DNA from: Selaginella moellendorffii
Lineage: Eukaryota > Plantae > Lycopodiophyta
Direction of reading: 5' to 3'
DNA: 64,000 nt
Assembly (NCBI RefSeq): GCF_000143415.4
Contig: NW_003314261.1
Location: 5,048,360 to 5,112,359 of the forward strand
Shown here: in pieces, positions 1 to 12,973 of the stretch
Position numbering within the stretch: position 1 is the stretch's first letter
Layout: the number at the start of each line of letters is the position of its first letter
Program-made: the position numbers and the translations under genes
The notes under the pieces: generated by a model
Told to the model about the DNA's origin: nothing
The model's input: only the letters and a program-made list of their open reading frames with translations
Database searches by the model: none

Positions 1-3000
1 TCATATTATTTAGATATGAATTTAAACTTCCCAAGAGGCTACTCAATCCAATACTACTTAACCCAAAGACATTTAACCTTAAATATTTCAAGACTTTTAA
101 CCGATTAAAAAAAGAAAGTGCTCTCTTATCTATAGGCATTTTTCCTTTATATTTAAACCTTTATAAATTATATCTCAAATTGTTCTCTTTAGTTGTTTAC
201 ACAACTAAAATTGGGTGTCCCCATCTAATTCACAATATCCACAATTATAGAGTATCCCCCACTTGACAATATACTTAAGCCAACATCTTTGCTAAAAGTC
301 TATAACCACTAAAAAATAAATGTCTTTATATTTTGAACCATCATTACACTTTAATACCCTCATAACACTAAAGAATTAGGATTATAACCCAACCTTTGTA
401 TATGCATTTATATGTGGCATTAGATAGGATGTCTAGCATGACCCCCCACATTGATGCACTAAACTTATACCCATGTTAATTAACTTCTCTTTCATATATA
501 CACTATATATCACAACTTAAGAACTTTATTCCTTTTAGCATTTAAGTTATCTCACTTGACAAACTAGATGATTAACCTATATTTATGCATGCACTTCTTC
601 ATGTTTGGCCTCATAAGCCTTCTTTTCTGAAGTCAACTCTTCATTTAAGCACCTTATTCCTTTAAATGTTAATTTCATTTAGCAAGTCATTTAACCAATG
701 TAATATGGTTCTATGTATAAGCATATAAATCCTTAAATATTAACTTCCATTCAAAACCATCCTTTTGAATATGTGAAGATTACTTCCTTAACCTTGATAG
801 CTTACATTATGGCAAGCTTCAAGACCATATTTTATTTATGCTATTTGATTTCATATGTGCTTTATATTCAATTTATATTCAATTTCCTAAATACAAATTT
901 ACTTAGATTCCCATTTGGAAAATTAAAGGAAATCCACCCTTTAGTTTATTAAGGCCCCTCATTTCATAAACTTTTGTTTATCATTTGGTCTAACATAGAT
1001 ATTTCCATACTTTAGATTCTTTATAATACCATATTTACAAGTAATAACCCTTAAGCTTGCACTGCCAACTTGCATTTCCCCACTCCTAACTTACACAACC
1101 ATCTTTACTTATGTCCTTTAATTTTTATAATTTAGTTTTACCCTTTACAATTTACTTTTGGCTCCATATGTTTCTTTTGTTTATTTTTCTCCATAGTAAG
1201 AGGGTAAATTTGCACTTCTTACTTGCCTTAACAAGTATTCTTAGGGATAAATTTATTTAATAACTTAAAAAATATTTTTTATGCTCAACTTCTAATCTTA
1301 CACTCTAGGATTAGCATTATACTTTATATGCGTTTGTTTGCTTATTGTTAGCCATGCTAAAATACTTTAGGCATTATTCACTTTAGATAAATAGACTTTC
1401 TATATCTCTAGCTTTTCTTTAACCTTGAGACTCGGATAACATTTTCTATCCATTATTCTTTATATGCCTTATCTAATACCTTTATAATACTAAATATCAT
1501 TTTTTTGTATTTTAGGTACTTTTATATTTCAATTATGGATTTCTTAGGCAATAAATATTTCCTTTTATAATAGTATATTGTAATATAAATAATTTTTCTC
1601 TCAAGAGATATATTGAACTTCCTTATCTCAACAAAAAATTTGAGAAGTTAACTTTTACTATTTTAAACAATTGTATCAAAGTTGTGCTTAACTATTTCAT
1701 AGCTATTATGTTCTACAACTCATTGTCAGTGTTTTCACACTTTTATCCACATTTGATCAAACACTTTATTGTTAAGCTTTGTATTTATTCTATATCAATT
1801 CTGTTTCAATTGTGGTTTTTTTGGCTAGTATTTCACGAACTAACTATCTTGATCTATTCAATGCATCTTCTAATGAGAGACTTTGTATCTTGACACCATT
1901 CACTCTATGAACCTTTAAATTCCTACTACATATATAAACTACAAGGAAACTACCATATTGATATAATATTATATAAAATATAAACACTTCTAATAATTAG
2001 GTGTTTAATTTAAGGTTGAATTGTAACTAATAAAGTTGATCAAATGATAGAGCATTGAGAACTTTTGAGAAAAATCTTTAGAGAAAAGTTATCAAATGTA
2101 AGTTTTTTAGAGTTTAGATTATTTGCACACATATTCTTGGATAGATCACTACTACTATCTATATTTATATACACTCTTCGGCACTGTATATAATATATCT
2201 CACTCATGTCTTTTGTTATTGACTCTTGAATCTACAAGAAATATTTTTTTTTCTTATTGGGAGTTATACAAAGTTTTAACATAATTGTTCATTTGGTTGT
2301 GTCAAAACTTCATATGTTTTTGTTACTTGATTTTTGCAACATAATTTAACATCTCTTGATCCAATGCTACACTATCCAATAAGGTTCCCATATTTATTAT
2401 GCATCCTTCTTATTAGTTAAACTTCTTGCTAAGAAGTGCCATTATTTCAAGATTATGAAGCCTCAAAACTCATATAACATTTTAAAAAAAGGATATAAAC
2501 ATATAGAAGAGATTTTGTTAACCACTATTACATATATAAAAAGAAAGATTCAAAGGAACAGAAGGGAAAAATCCTATGAATTAAAGTGCATCTTGTTAAG
2601 GTGGTAAATAATGTAGTACATAGTTATGTGATTGTTTACAAACATGTCAGAAACATTTAAAACAATCAAATTTAGCAATCTTATTACCTTTTAACTTCTA
2701 ATTCTTTTTAAGAATTAGCTTCAGCTTTCAATATTATAATGATTTAAATTAGTTTTTGATTTTTATTTATTTTCTTTAGCAGCAATGCAGTATTATATAA
2801 ACTAGGTACAATGAGTATCTAGTGTGTAAAATTTAAATGATACAAATGTAACATGCTATATCATGACAACAAATATGAATACTTTTAGTTAGAAAAACAA
2901 GAAATAAAGTACCTTAATTTAATCCACTCACTTATCTTTATATTAGTGTTATAATTGTCAGTGGACTACACAAAAAGAGTTAAGACTTATGGAGGTTGTG

Positions 3001-3515
3001 AATGAGACTCCTTCAAGTGGTTGGAGGTGTGGTTAAGTGACTAAAATAGAATGGAAAATTTAGTCGTTTATAACTTATATGAATTTATTTATAATATAAT
3101 CTAAATTAATTCTATATAAATTCCAAAATTATAAAAATAATATGCATATTGAATAAAAATATAAACAGTAAATAGTGTAAAAATGATGGCTCTTTTTTAT
3201 GAGGTCCCTTCACAATAAAAATATATATGCACATATTATAAACTTAAAATTAACAAAAATTGAAGATAAAATTTAAAAACAATCAAATAAAATAATTTCT
3301 CATTTGTATTGACTTGTACACATTTAATAGCACATATATAGATTTAATTTCACTTAAAAATTATTTTTATGTTAACACAAGGAAATTGTTAGTTTTTTTA
3401 TTTTCTATATGAAACATTTACTTATGTGCTAGTATAAGTTATATAACTACAAAGAAAAATATATGTATCAACCTTTAATTCTTTATGTTTAATATAAATA
3501 GTTTATGCTTTTAAT

Positions 3516-3540
3516 TATATATATATCTATATATAAATAA

Positions 3541-3581
<41 letters not shown>
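3516..3581. repeat. (TA)n microsatellite
   Basis: Interrupted then pure TA run. Confidence 0.9.
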
Positions 3582-3586
<5 letters not shown>

Positions 3587-3978
3587 AGTAAATAACCTCA
3601 AATCCTATTGATTGAAAAAAAATATATCACACCATGTAACTTCTATAGTTTTATTAATTATTAAAATATTTTAAGAAATCTATTACCTATAACACTAACT
3701 ATTTGACAAATTTAAAATCTCGTGTTAACTCACTAAGGGCACCACACATCATAGAAATTTTACTGAAATACATTTATAAAGAATGCTCACTATATGAATT
3801 AGTAAGAGAAACATTTATACATCTAAAATTTATTTCTTCTAGTATAGTATTAGATACCACTTGATTTTAATTATATGTAACTTAAAAGCTAAATTTTAAA
3901 GCACATAATCATTGTTAAAGATTTAGTGTTAATAAATTTTTCTTGAGGTTAGTATGTTAGCATGGGTTTGGAAAAATA

Positions 3979-3983
<5 letters not shown>

Positions 3984-4014
<31 letters not shown>
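3984..4014. repeat. (TA)n microsatellite
   Basis: Pure TA run. Confidence 0.9.
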
Positions 4015-4018
<4 letters not shown>

Positions 4019-4741
4019 TTTTTGCAAATAACTAAATATTCAAAGATATATTTAAAATAGTTAGAAAATGAGAGTAAAATAGCCTATAAAAAACCTGAAA
4101 AATGAATTACAATTATCATTAAAACAATATTTTCCATTTTTTATTGCTCATACTCTATTTACTTTACTGCTGTAAAAATATTATATTCTATCCAAAAACA
4201 GTAGGGAAATTAGGTTTATATAATATTTAGCTTATTTTGATTAAATTCATTTCAAGAATACAAAAAATCAATATTGGACCAAAATCATTTTACAGAGGAT
4301 GAAAAACATTCATCTCAACATTATACTTATCACAAGAAATATATAAATCAAATTTCTCAATGTACCTGAAAAAGAAAGTATAAAAGGCAACAAATAATAA
4401 AAAGTTAGAAAAAAGTAGTACGAAAGAAAAAAAATGATTATATAAGAAACTTAACTTATCCCGTGCTTCAAACACATCCTTCAAAGCAATCAAAATCATA
4501 AAGAATCCACTGAAGTTCATAAACATTAAATTTGATCCTTGAAAAAAAGTAATATCACAATCATATTCCACCTCAAAAGGAGATTCAAGAATTGGAGAAG
4601 CTACGTAATTATGTCCCACAGAAGTTAAAGAGATTTGAGCACGCCTTCACAGCACTAACATGTGACAGAACTCTGCATTTGCGCTTGAGCGCTGGAGCTT
4701 GGTGTTTCAGTCATCGAGCTCTTCATCGTTTTTTAGGGTTC

Positions 4742-5496
4742 ATGATGGGTTCAGAGGCCAAGGGCGGGGAAGAGAGGATACTCCCGGCAACGCGGCGGCC
4801 CGATGGAACAATGCGCAAGGCCGTGAGGATACGAGCTGGATACGTGGCGCAGGAGGAGGTCGCCATTTATCAATCCAAAGGCGCCTTGGTAAGCTAGGAA
4901 ATTCATCACAACATCTTCGCTTATTACTTTGTCCAGTTCAAGAAGGATGCTCCTTTGGTTCCTCCCGGCTACGACCCCGAAACCGATTTGATCAAGCCAA
5001 AAACTAAAGCCGCAAAGAAGAACGAGAAAAGGAAGGAGAAGAAGCAACAGGTGAGACGATTGGATCTTTTTCTGTATCGCCAGTCTTATCTTTTCTTCAT
5101 CGCTTACAATTTTTTCTCCTGAATCAGGCAAAACTGGGATCGACAACAACAGAGCCCGGCGACTCACTCTCACAAAAACTTGACGCCCTGCAAGTTTCTT
5201 CCGAGCCATGCGAGACAACAAAGCAAGGAGAAATCTCGCAAGAAGGAAATCAAAGCGTGACTGACACTGGCAAGTCGGAGCTGGAGAAGAGGATTCGAGC
5301 TCTCAAAAAAAAGGTCCGATTCTTTCTTTTCACTCCTAAAAAATCCAAGCGGATGGATCTTCACTCTTTTTTCTCTGCGTAGATCCGGCTAGCAAACGAA
5401 TCGCCTCAAGAAGGGACGTCCTCTCAGCCAAAACCAGAGAAGGTGAAAGCATGGCAAGAGGAGCTCCAGCAACTAGAAGCTCAAGCTCAAGCTTAG
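4742..5496 (+). CDS. PYM: Partner of Y14 and Mago (exon junction complex-binding protein), 4 exons
   Basis: N-terminal ILPATRRPDGTMRKAVRIRAGYVAQEEVAIYQSKG Mago-binding motif; exons ~4742-4888, 4937-5050, 5128-5312, 5383-5496; C-terminal KRIRALKKKIR coiled coil. Confidence 0.9.
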
Positions 5497-5698
5497 CTTT
5501 TTTTTTAACATAATTGGGAGGGAATAGTTTTCTTCTCGGTAGTGTTTGCTAGGGTTTGAGTAGGGCGGCACTGGCGGGAGCGCTGCCGGGATTTTGGAGT
5601 GCCGTGATTTCGATCGCTGCTAGCTGCGGCGCTGCGAGCCGAGGTAAGCGATTGCTCGATCTACACATTAGGCTGGTCTGGATTTGCAGCGAGGAGCA

Positions 5699-6982
5699 AT
5701 GGAAGAGGCAGCATCGGTAAGAAAATCTTTGTGCGCTGTGCTACGGCTTTAGCTGTATGATCTTTGCAGCTACAGACGCCTGTGTTTTGCTGGGACGGTG
5801 ATGAAGAGAGGCAAGCAAGCAAACAGCTCGTTTGATTTTCATTTTCCTCTCTTCGTTTTGTGCCATTTTGTGTGCATTACTTTTGAGAGATCTTTTACGA
5901 GTTCTTCTGATTTTCTTGTTGCTTTTCCTTCCCAGGTTTGCCATGGAGAGAGTTCATGGCGTGAATGACTTTGTCGACGAGGATCAAACCAAGTTTAGCA
6001 CCATGGACGAAGATAATGGCGACGATGACTGGAGAGCTCTGGCGGCATCGCAGCCTCCGCCCGAGCCAGTGGTGGAGGCCACAGAGACAGATCCAGCACC
6101 GCCACCGGAGTCTAACTTGAACGCCCATCCATCGCCGCAACAGCTCGCAGTTCCTGCTGCTGCTACGCAACACATGCAGCACACGCAGGTAGCGGACATT
6201 AGAATCATGCGCTTCACTCGGAAGCGAACTCCAAACCAGCGGGGACGCAGGCATCCGGCGCTGGTGATGAAGCAGGAAGATCTGCTCGAGAAGTTTCCAA
6301 TACTTAAGCATTTGCAGCAGCAAGAACAGCAAGAGCAGAAGGAAAAAGAGGCGGTCGCTGCGAAAGGCAAGGAGGGAGTGACTGCTACTGGCTCGAAGAA
6401 GGTGGAGGCTGGCTCTAAGCAACCGGTGGCGGAGACCAAGGCAAAGGCGAGCCCTGACGCTGCAGACAATGTCGTGAAAGGTCAGAGGTCTGTGCAAGCG
6501 AGACAAATCGAAGCCGACAAGAAAATTATCCGGCCAAAGCAGCAGCTGCAGCAAAAGGTGGAGGATCAGCAACAGAACAAGAAGCAAAAATCTCTCGCCT
6601 TCCAAAAGTCGAGGAACATCATTAACAAAAGGATCAACGCCGAGTCTGCCAAGACGGAGCCTGCTCTCGAGGTGGAGTGCTCAGAGGTTGTGGCAATGCA
6701 AGTAAGTTTGATTGCTTATTTGGAGCTTTTGTTTTACTGGCATTTGGTGCGCAGGCAAAGCAGAAGGCTGTAGCAGTAGAGTTCAAGGCACTCCGCGAAG
6801 AAATTCGTCCTCTTATTTCTAGCCCCGAGGAAGAAGGACTCAAGGGAGTGCCATCAAATCTGCAAGAGCGATGGATTGAGCTCCACTGCAAGCACCTGCG
6901 CTCCAACTTCGATTACCATTTTGCTGTGACGCAGCATTTTTTGTGCCATCCTCCTTTGGGCCAGTGCAAGGCGCAAAACTAA
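5699..6982 (+). CDS. Hypothetical protein, Q/K/E-rich low-complexity with short His/Cys-containing C-terminus
   Basis: Exons join in frame: MEEAAS (5699) / TPVFCWDGDEE (GC donor ~5811) / long exon 5936-~6701 / last exon ~6755-6982. No recognised domain. Confidence 0.6.
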
Positions 6983-7091
6983 GGCAAGTCAATCTCCACT
7001 GCTTTGGAGTGACAGTTTTCCGTTTGGTTGCTATTTTCCAGAAGCATGTTTGTCAACATTTGTAGATCCACTTCAAATGGATACTTTCGTC

Positions 7092-8342
7092 TTATTTCCT
7101 TCTTCGCTCCAGAATTGCCAAAGCCATTTTGACGTGACGTGCTGGAACATAAGGTTCCTTCGGAAGAAATCTCTCTTTCAGCCGTTTAAACAGTGCGTCG
7201 ACCAGATCTGGAGTTTTCAGGTGTGCTTCTATTTGTTTCTTCATAGTGCTCTTCATCGCCATGGTCTCTATGCCAGCATACTCTTGAGGAGTCGGAGCTT
7301 TCCCTCCTCCAGCCTCAACTTTGGCCTTGACGCTGGCGTATGTTGGCATTGGACACTTGAGTTCTTCGAGCTGCAAGATAGTGAAAACATCGCCAGACTC
7401 GCTGACGGCCTTGGCAATCTCGTCCAGAGTCCGGTGGTAGGCCGGAATATTGAAGGAGTCACGAGTTTCTTCATCAATCAATCCCTGTGCAAAGCAAAGC
7501 GGGTTTGTTCTTTTCAGTCTGTTTGATGATCTCTTACCTCGAGAACTAAATCGTTCCATGCTTGCTCCAGGCAGGTTACCATCCAGCCGAGAGAACAATC
7601 CTCGCCTCCCGTTTGCTCCGCAGGATCGCTGCTCGATCTTATGCTTACGAAGAAGGTGACGAGGCCGCCAGGGACAGTCTCTTCAGCTCGACAAGCCAAG
7701 TAGCGGCAGAGATCTTCGTGGGCTTGCGACGCGAACGCTCGAGCAACCTCTGGTGCTGATCCTCCAGCAGTGATTCTTCCAGCGTTCCAGGACGAAGATC
7801 TTCTGTCAGCCACGGCCGCTGGAACCTGAAAGAGCAAGAGCAACGAGCTCGATCAGCAATTCATCCAAGATCGCGAAACATCATCTCAAGGAACAAAGAA
7901 CTTTAGAGATGAGAACACTCGCCTTTGAGAGCCACTGCAATGCTACGTTACACATGGAAAAGTGGATGCTGGAGCTGGGGAAGAGGCGATGGTAGAACGA
8001 TCCTGGCACTCCCGCGACGAAGAAATCGGCGCCCTCCAGATGCTGGAAGAGCGTGTTGAAATCGTTGGAGACCAAATCCGAAAAGAGCGCCTGGAGCTCG
8101 GGCTCGCGCAGCCCGGACGACTTGAATTTGTCCCTCACGGCCTTGATCACAAAGGCTACCGCGGTGATGGTGTTGCTGCCCACCGCGCATCCCAAATCGG
8201 CGATCCGGATGGGAGCGGCAGTGTGATCGGCGAAGTCGTGCGCCGCGATCGCCGCGCGGAGAGCCGGGGCGATGAGCAAGAATGCCGATCCCTGGTTGGA
8301 GGAATTCCGCGAGTAGCTGCTGATTCCAACCCCGCCTTCCAT
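7092..8342 (-). CDS. SABATH family SAM-dependent carboxyl methyltransferase, 3 exons
   Basis: MEGGVGISSYSRNSSNQ, IADLGCAVGSNT, SDLVSNDFNTLF, AGVPGSFYHRLFP, ALQWLSKVP, RDSFNIPAY motifs. Confidence 0.92.
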
Positions 8343-8607
8343 GGAACCCAAGTTTCACGAGAGAAATTTAAACTTCCCTGCCTTGTCCAAAGACGAATCT
8401 TTCCTCCAAAGGCGGATCTTTTCCAGAAAATATTCTATCTGTGACAGTTGACCGTCACCCTTCACCCATCACCGTCACCGTCATCGTCATCCTCACGCAA
8501 CGCTTCGCCCCTCCAAGCGTTTCCTCCCGCGATTCGCTCATCTTTTCGCGCGCGCTGGGCACGGCGAGCAAGGAGGAAATGCTGCTGGCCTCGCCTCCGT
8601 CGCCGCC

Positions 8608-9540
8608 ATGGATTCGGCGTGGGAGGTCAAGACGCCCGCCGATCTGACAATCAGGCACAGGCAGGCTCCTTGCAGTCGGCCGCGATCGAGCTCGCCCGTC
8701 CGGAGACCCAATCCCTCCGATCAATCGCAGCAATCCCAGGAGAAATGCCGCTCGCGCTCCGTGGGCGCGCGTGCGGGGCGATCGCCCAAGCCTCCCCCAC
8801 CGAAATGGAACGAGCCCCCGCGGATCGTGTGCGTGGCGCCCAAGATGGTGCCCAACCGCGACGCCGGCCCCAACCGCGTCCACTTCCTCGACTCCATCTA
8901 CATCCGCCGCCTCTTCCCGGAGCGCCCCGTCATGACCCGGCGCGTCAACCACGTCGCCCACCACTCGTTCGACACCGCCGACTTCAAGACCACCAAGAAC
9001 GCCACCGCCATCCTCGACACAAACACCTTCTGCCGCTCCATCGCGTTCAAGGACCCCAACACGGGCGTCAACCACATCATCTCCTTCGAGAACGCGTACG
9101 ACTTCTCGCACGAGTACGAGGACGCGGACCCGGGCGCGAGGGTGGACATCCACTACCGCCCCAAGACGGAGATCGAGAAACAGGTGGAGATGAGCGTCCA
9201 GATCGTGTCGCCGGAGCAGGACCGGCAGCTCTCGGAGAACAAGTACCTGTACAGGTTCCAGCACAAGATCCGGGTCTACTGCCCGCACGCCAAGCTGCAG
9301 ACCTGGGCTACCACCTTTCGGCCCAGCGAGATCGTTGACTACTGCGACGTTGACCCGTACCTGTCGGCCAGTAACGCGGTCAACCCGACGCTGCTGCAGG
9401 TGCACTACCACCACATCACCCACCACGTAAAGTTGGTGCACCTGCTATGCAGGCCGCAACACATCCGCTTCCTGCAGGAGAAGCAGCAGCAGCAGCAGGA
9501 GCACAGCACAGCCAAGACTCGGAGTTGCTCTCCTTGCTGA
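8608..9540 (+). CDS. Intronless hypothetical protein (310 aa)
   Basis: Strong Kozak context GCCGCCATGG, heavy C/G third-position bias, disordered N-terminus then globular-looking beta-rich region; family not recognised. Confidence 0.75.
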   Translation: MDSAWEVKTPADLTIRHRQAPCSRPRSSSPVRRPNPSDQSQQSQEKCRSRSVGARAGRSPKPPPPKWNEPPRIVCVAPKMVPNRDAGPNRVHFLDSIYIRRLFPERPVMTRRVNHVAHHSFDTADFKTTKNATAILDTNTFCRSIAFKDPNTGVNHIISFENAYDFSHEYEDADPGARVDIHYRPKTEIEKQVEMSVQIVSPEQDRQLSENKYLYRFQHKIRVYCPHAKLQTWATTFRPSEIVDYCDVDPYLSASNAVNPTLLQVHYHHITHHVKLVHLLCRPQHIRFLQEKQQQQQEHSTAKTRSCSPC

Positions 9541-9764
9541 TATCCAATCTCGCATGGTTTGTTGTGCAGCGTTGCCATTTTTTCCCAGGGAAACCTCCAT
9601 TCATTTTCTAGTTTATAGCTTTGGAATAGCAAAAGGACTCAGTTATTAATCTCCCAGCCCTCTTGCTTAACATCTTCAGTCGATCTTCAGTCGCCACACA
9701 CCATGTTTATCACCGATTGGTGACTAAGAAAACATATAAGCAAACCTTTCTTCTGTTATGCCTT

Positions 9765-10788
9765 TCACTTGGCCGTTGCCGCTGCTAAGTTAGAGAGAGC
9801 GTCACGGAAGTAAGGCGAGGCTGCTTCCTCAACATCAAGCATCCACTTTTTAAGTTTGTCTCTTGGACCAACCAGACTAGCGTACTTGTCCTTCAGAACC
9901 TGGATTTTCCAAAGCGTTATTCACGAAGATGAGAGGATAAAGCTGACTGTGATGTCTTTACCTCGAGCTGGATGATTTCGCAAGCCAGGATCAGATCCGC
10001 AATGGTTATCTCGGACTCGCCGCACAGGAATTTGCCGCCCTCTTCGAGCCACACGTTTTCAATGGTGTCAACTGAAGCTTGGAGTGTTTTATCAAACTCC
10101 GCAAGTTTGCTCTCGTCTTTGGGGATGCCCAGATATGGTGCCAGGACTTCGTTGAAAAACAGGCCCGCTGTATGAGGAGAGAATAATGAATGAGGAAGTA
10201 ACAGTAAACAAGGGAAAGTTACCTGCACCACGACGCAGATTTCCATGGTGCCAATCCAGGACGCTATCGATCCGAGCTCTTCGTAATGGATCCGATGGGT
10301 ACCTGCGGTTTTAAAATGGTCAGAACATAAGTAAAAACGTGGTGCTTTACCAGTTACTAGAAACCCCAGGCTTCGTTGTTGCCAGATAACGAAGAATAGC
10401 ATGGCTGTGCAGAAGTTAAGTCAGACTCAAAGACGAGCCAGAGTCCAAACCTTTCGAAGAGTTTGAAACCATTGTCCACAATAGCAGGCACTTGCCCCAT
10501 TGGATTCACAGCTGAGCAAAAAAGACGCGAGAAACAGTGGCTTTTTCTAGAATGATTGAATTCCAGGAAGTACCCTTGTACTCTGGCGTCTGGTGCTCCC
10601 TCTTCATCAAGTCTAAGTGATGGATCTCGGCTTCAATGTTGTTCACCCTGCGTTTCAAGCAAGATCATGGCTTTAGGAGAAAGAAAAAGCAAAGAAGAAA
10701 GGAGAGAAAACTTTCAATCTCACCGGCAAAAGATGTAGATTGCTCGCGATGGCTGTGAGAGCAGATCGATGTAAAGGTGAAGCGCCAT
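9765..10788 (-). CDS. Glutathione S-transferase, theta class
   Basis: MALHLYIDLLSQPSRAIYIFCR, VNPMGQVPAIVDNGFKLFESHAILRYL, SVLDWHHGNLR, ITIADLILACEIIQL across multiple exons. Confidence 0.93.
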
Positions 10789-10971
10789 GAGAGGAGAGAA
10801 ACCTACAGAAACACGGAGAACACGCGACACACAACAAAGACAATGCAGTGGACTAATAAAAAAGACAAAAGAAAATAGCTGACAGACACAAGTTTTGACA
10901 AAGGGCGATCAATTAAACAAACAGCCGAATGGTTTGATGATCGTTTACCACAAAACGTGCTCTCGTCATCA

Positions 10972-12199
10972 TCAGTCGAGATAGAATAGCGTGACAATCT
11001 TGCGAAGACTCTTGGCTTCGCTGCATGTTTCCATGAGTAATCTGCTGTCATGGAAGGCAAAACAAATGACCTGCTGTACGTGTGAAAGAATGTCCATATT
11101 GCACAATCTGGAAAGCAAGCCCGGTGGTCAGAAGCCAAAGAAAACATCGATGCTTGAGCAAAGAAGAAAATGGAAAGACGAAAACACCTGCTCGCTTCAA
11201 TCAATGGGAGATGATCGTTGTGCGGCATCTCCATCACGTTTTTCACCTGGTGTTGTTGTGTTTGAGTGGAAAACCAAGAGAGAAAGAGAAAAGCTCTTAC
11301 TTTTGCTAGCAGCTCTTGGCTCTCCGGTGGCTGCTTCTTCAGACTTTGGGGAAGAATCACCGTCAGCAACTCGGGCCTCTCGGCTCTCAATGCTCCTCTG
11401 ATAACCGCGGCATTTGTGCCGGAGGCTCCAGACGTGTAGATGTGGTTTTTCTGGAAGAGGTGAAGCCGACGGTTAGACTTTTCTCGTCCTTTCGATTTTC
11501 TGCTTCGTCGTCGTCGCGAAACAGGAAACTCACCGTGATTACCATCGCGTAACTAAGTATCTCAATAAGCTGTTGATGCATGAATCCCATGTTTCGCGTT
11601 CCGAAGAAGCCGATAGCTCTTGGCCCTTGTTGTTGGATCGCGAGAAGTTCCTGAGAAAGGAAGAGAAAAACATAAGAACTCCCGAAAAACAAAGAAGAAG
11701 GAACAAGAGTTTCGAGAGAACTAAGAACTTACTTGCAAGTAGTCCAAGTCTGGTATCGATTTATAGCTCGGTTGCTCTGCCACAGTGGTTCCAGCAGCAA
11801 TAGCTTCAGCTTGAGTCGGGATCTCATCTCCATACCCAAGCACCAGATCACTGCTTCTTCTAGTTTCCCCTCTTCTACTCTCTGCTGCTACCCTCTATAG
11901 AAAATCCACCAAGACACGGGAGACCCTGAGCAAAGAAGCAAATAAAAAGCCGCCAATCCGTCTCTATCCATCCATGCACAATCCATCCACTCCAAATCCT
12001 CTAACAATCCCTCCAATCCAATCACAAGCTCAGGCTTAGCTAGTTCCCTTACCAAAATCTGGCGCCTCCTGCGAGGCCTCACCGAGTAGCCATCGAATCC
12101 GCTGCTGCTGGCGACGAGAAGCCGATCGATGTGAAGCGCCGCAGCTGGAGCATCCGCGCGGTGGATCCAGAGTGGCGCGCTGCAAATGCCGGCGGGCAT
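10972..12199 (-). CDS. Plastid-targeted, cyanobacterial-type DprA/Smf-like (SLOG fold) conserved protein
   Basis: ELLAIQQQGPRAIGFFGTRNMGFMHQQLIEILSYAM, HIYTSGASGTNAAVIRGALRA, QQVICFAFHDSRLLMETC...KIVTLFYLD; transit-peptide-like first exon. Confidence 0.8.
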
Positions 12200-12289
12200 G
12201 CTTTCTCCTGCCCAGGCCAAACACGGAGGTTTAGGTTTATAATATTTGGCAGCATTGGCATTTTTAGGGTTCTTCCGGGACTGGAAAAA

Positions 12290-12973
12290 ATGGCGCTCAC
12301 CGCTTCTTGCGCCTGTGGCATCGATCTCTTCTCAACAGCAGCGTCGGATCGATCGCTGGAGCTCCCGCCATTGCGGCGCATCCGATTTTCCAGGTCAGGA
12401 GAGAGATTTCTGGCGAAAAGTTTGGTCGCGTCGCCGGGGCCGCGCATTGCGATAGCAAGGACGCGGCATCGTGAGCGGCGCCTTGGATGCGTTGCAGAAT
12501 GTAAGTTACTGAATCGAATCTCGTGGTGAGTCTCATTTGGTGTGAGATCAGTGTCAGAAAATGGCGAGTCTCCTTCCACCTCTGATGAGAATTCTCAGGT
12601 AGATCATCCTCCTCTTTTTCTTTTCCACTAAATTAGCTTCTTCTTTTGCTTCTTTCTTTCTCGTCCATTGCTGGCAGACTGCGCAGCTTGATCTCCACTT
12701 GCCGCGAAGAAGGCTCCAAGCCGAGTTTACTTGCAATGCTTGCCAGACAAGAACTACACGGCTGATAAATCCTCACGCTTACGAGCGAGGAACAGTCTAC
12801 GTGCAGGTGCACATAGCTCTCATCACGGTCTTGGAATTTCATCCTAATCTTTTTTTTCTCCTCCTCTTCTACTTTTGCTCTAGTGCTCGGGATGTGAAGT
12901 TTACCATCAGCTTGTGGATAATCTCGGCCTCGTCGTGGAGTTTAGATACACAGAAGAAGGAATTGATCCTTAG
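12290..12973 (+). CDS. DNL-type zinc finger (Hep1/Zim17/Tim15-like Hsp70 escort protein), organellar
   Basis: RRLQAEFTCNACQTRTTRLINPHAYERGTVYVQ / CSGCEVYHQLVDNLGL: two CxxC pairs and DNL motif; N-terminal targeting-like exon. Confidence 0.9.

Larger units (their letters stand above)
1..4550. mobile_element. AT-rich, CpG-depleted degenerate repeat/transposon relic block
   Basis: Very AT-rich, almost no CG dinucleotides, no credible ORF; abrupt switch to GC-richer genic DNA at ~4600. Element family not identifiable by eye. Confidence 0.5.

Noticed and set aside
415-475. Possible Gag zinc-knuckle remnant on the minus strand (HQCGGH...C)
   Set aside because: Spacing does not match CX2CX4HX4C and no other Gag/Pol motif could be confirmed.
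1684-4619. Short hydrophobic ORFs in the AT-rich block
   Set aside because: F/I/L-rich translations typical of random AT-rich DNA, non-ATG starts, no splice structure.
8455-9441. 328-aa antisense ORF and 296-aa shifted ORF over the orphan gene
   Set aside because: Expected shadow ORFs of a GC3-rich gene; composition is V/G/R-biased and non-protein-like.
7092-10788. SABATH + orphan + GST as a biosynthetic gene cluster
   Set aside because: No scaffold-forming enzyme nearby, and GST theta is a housekeeping class; adjacency alone is insufficient.
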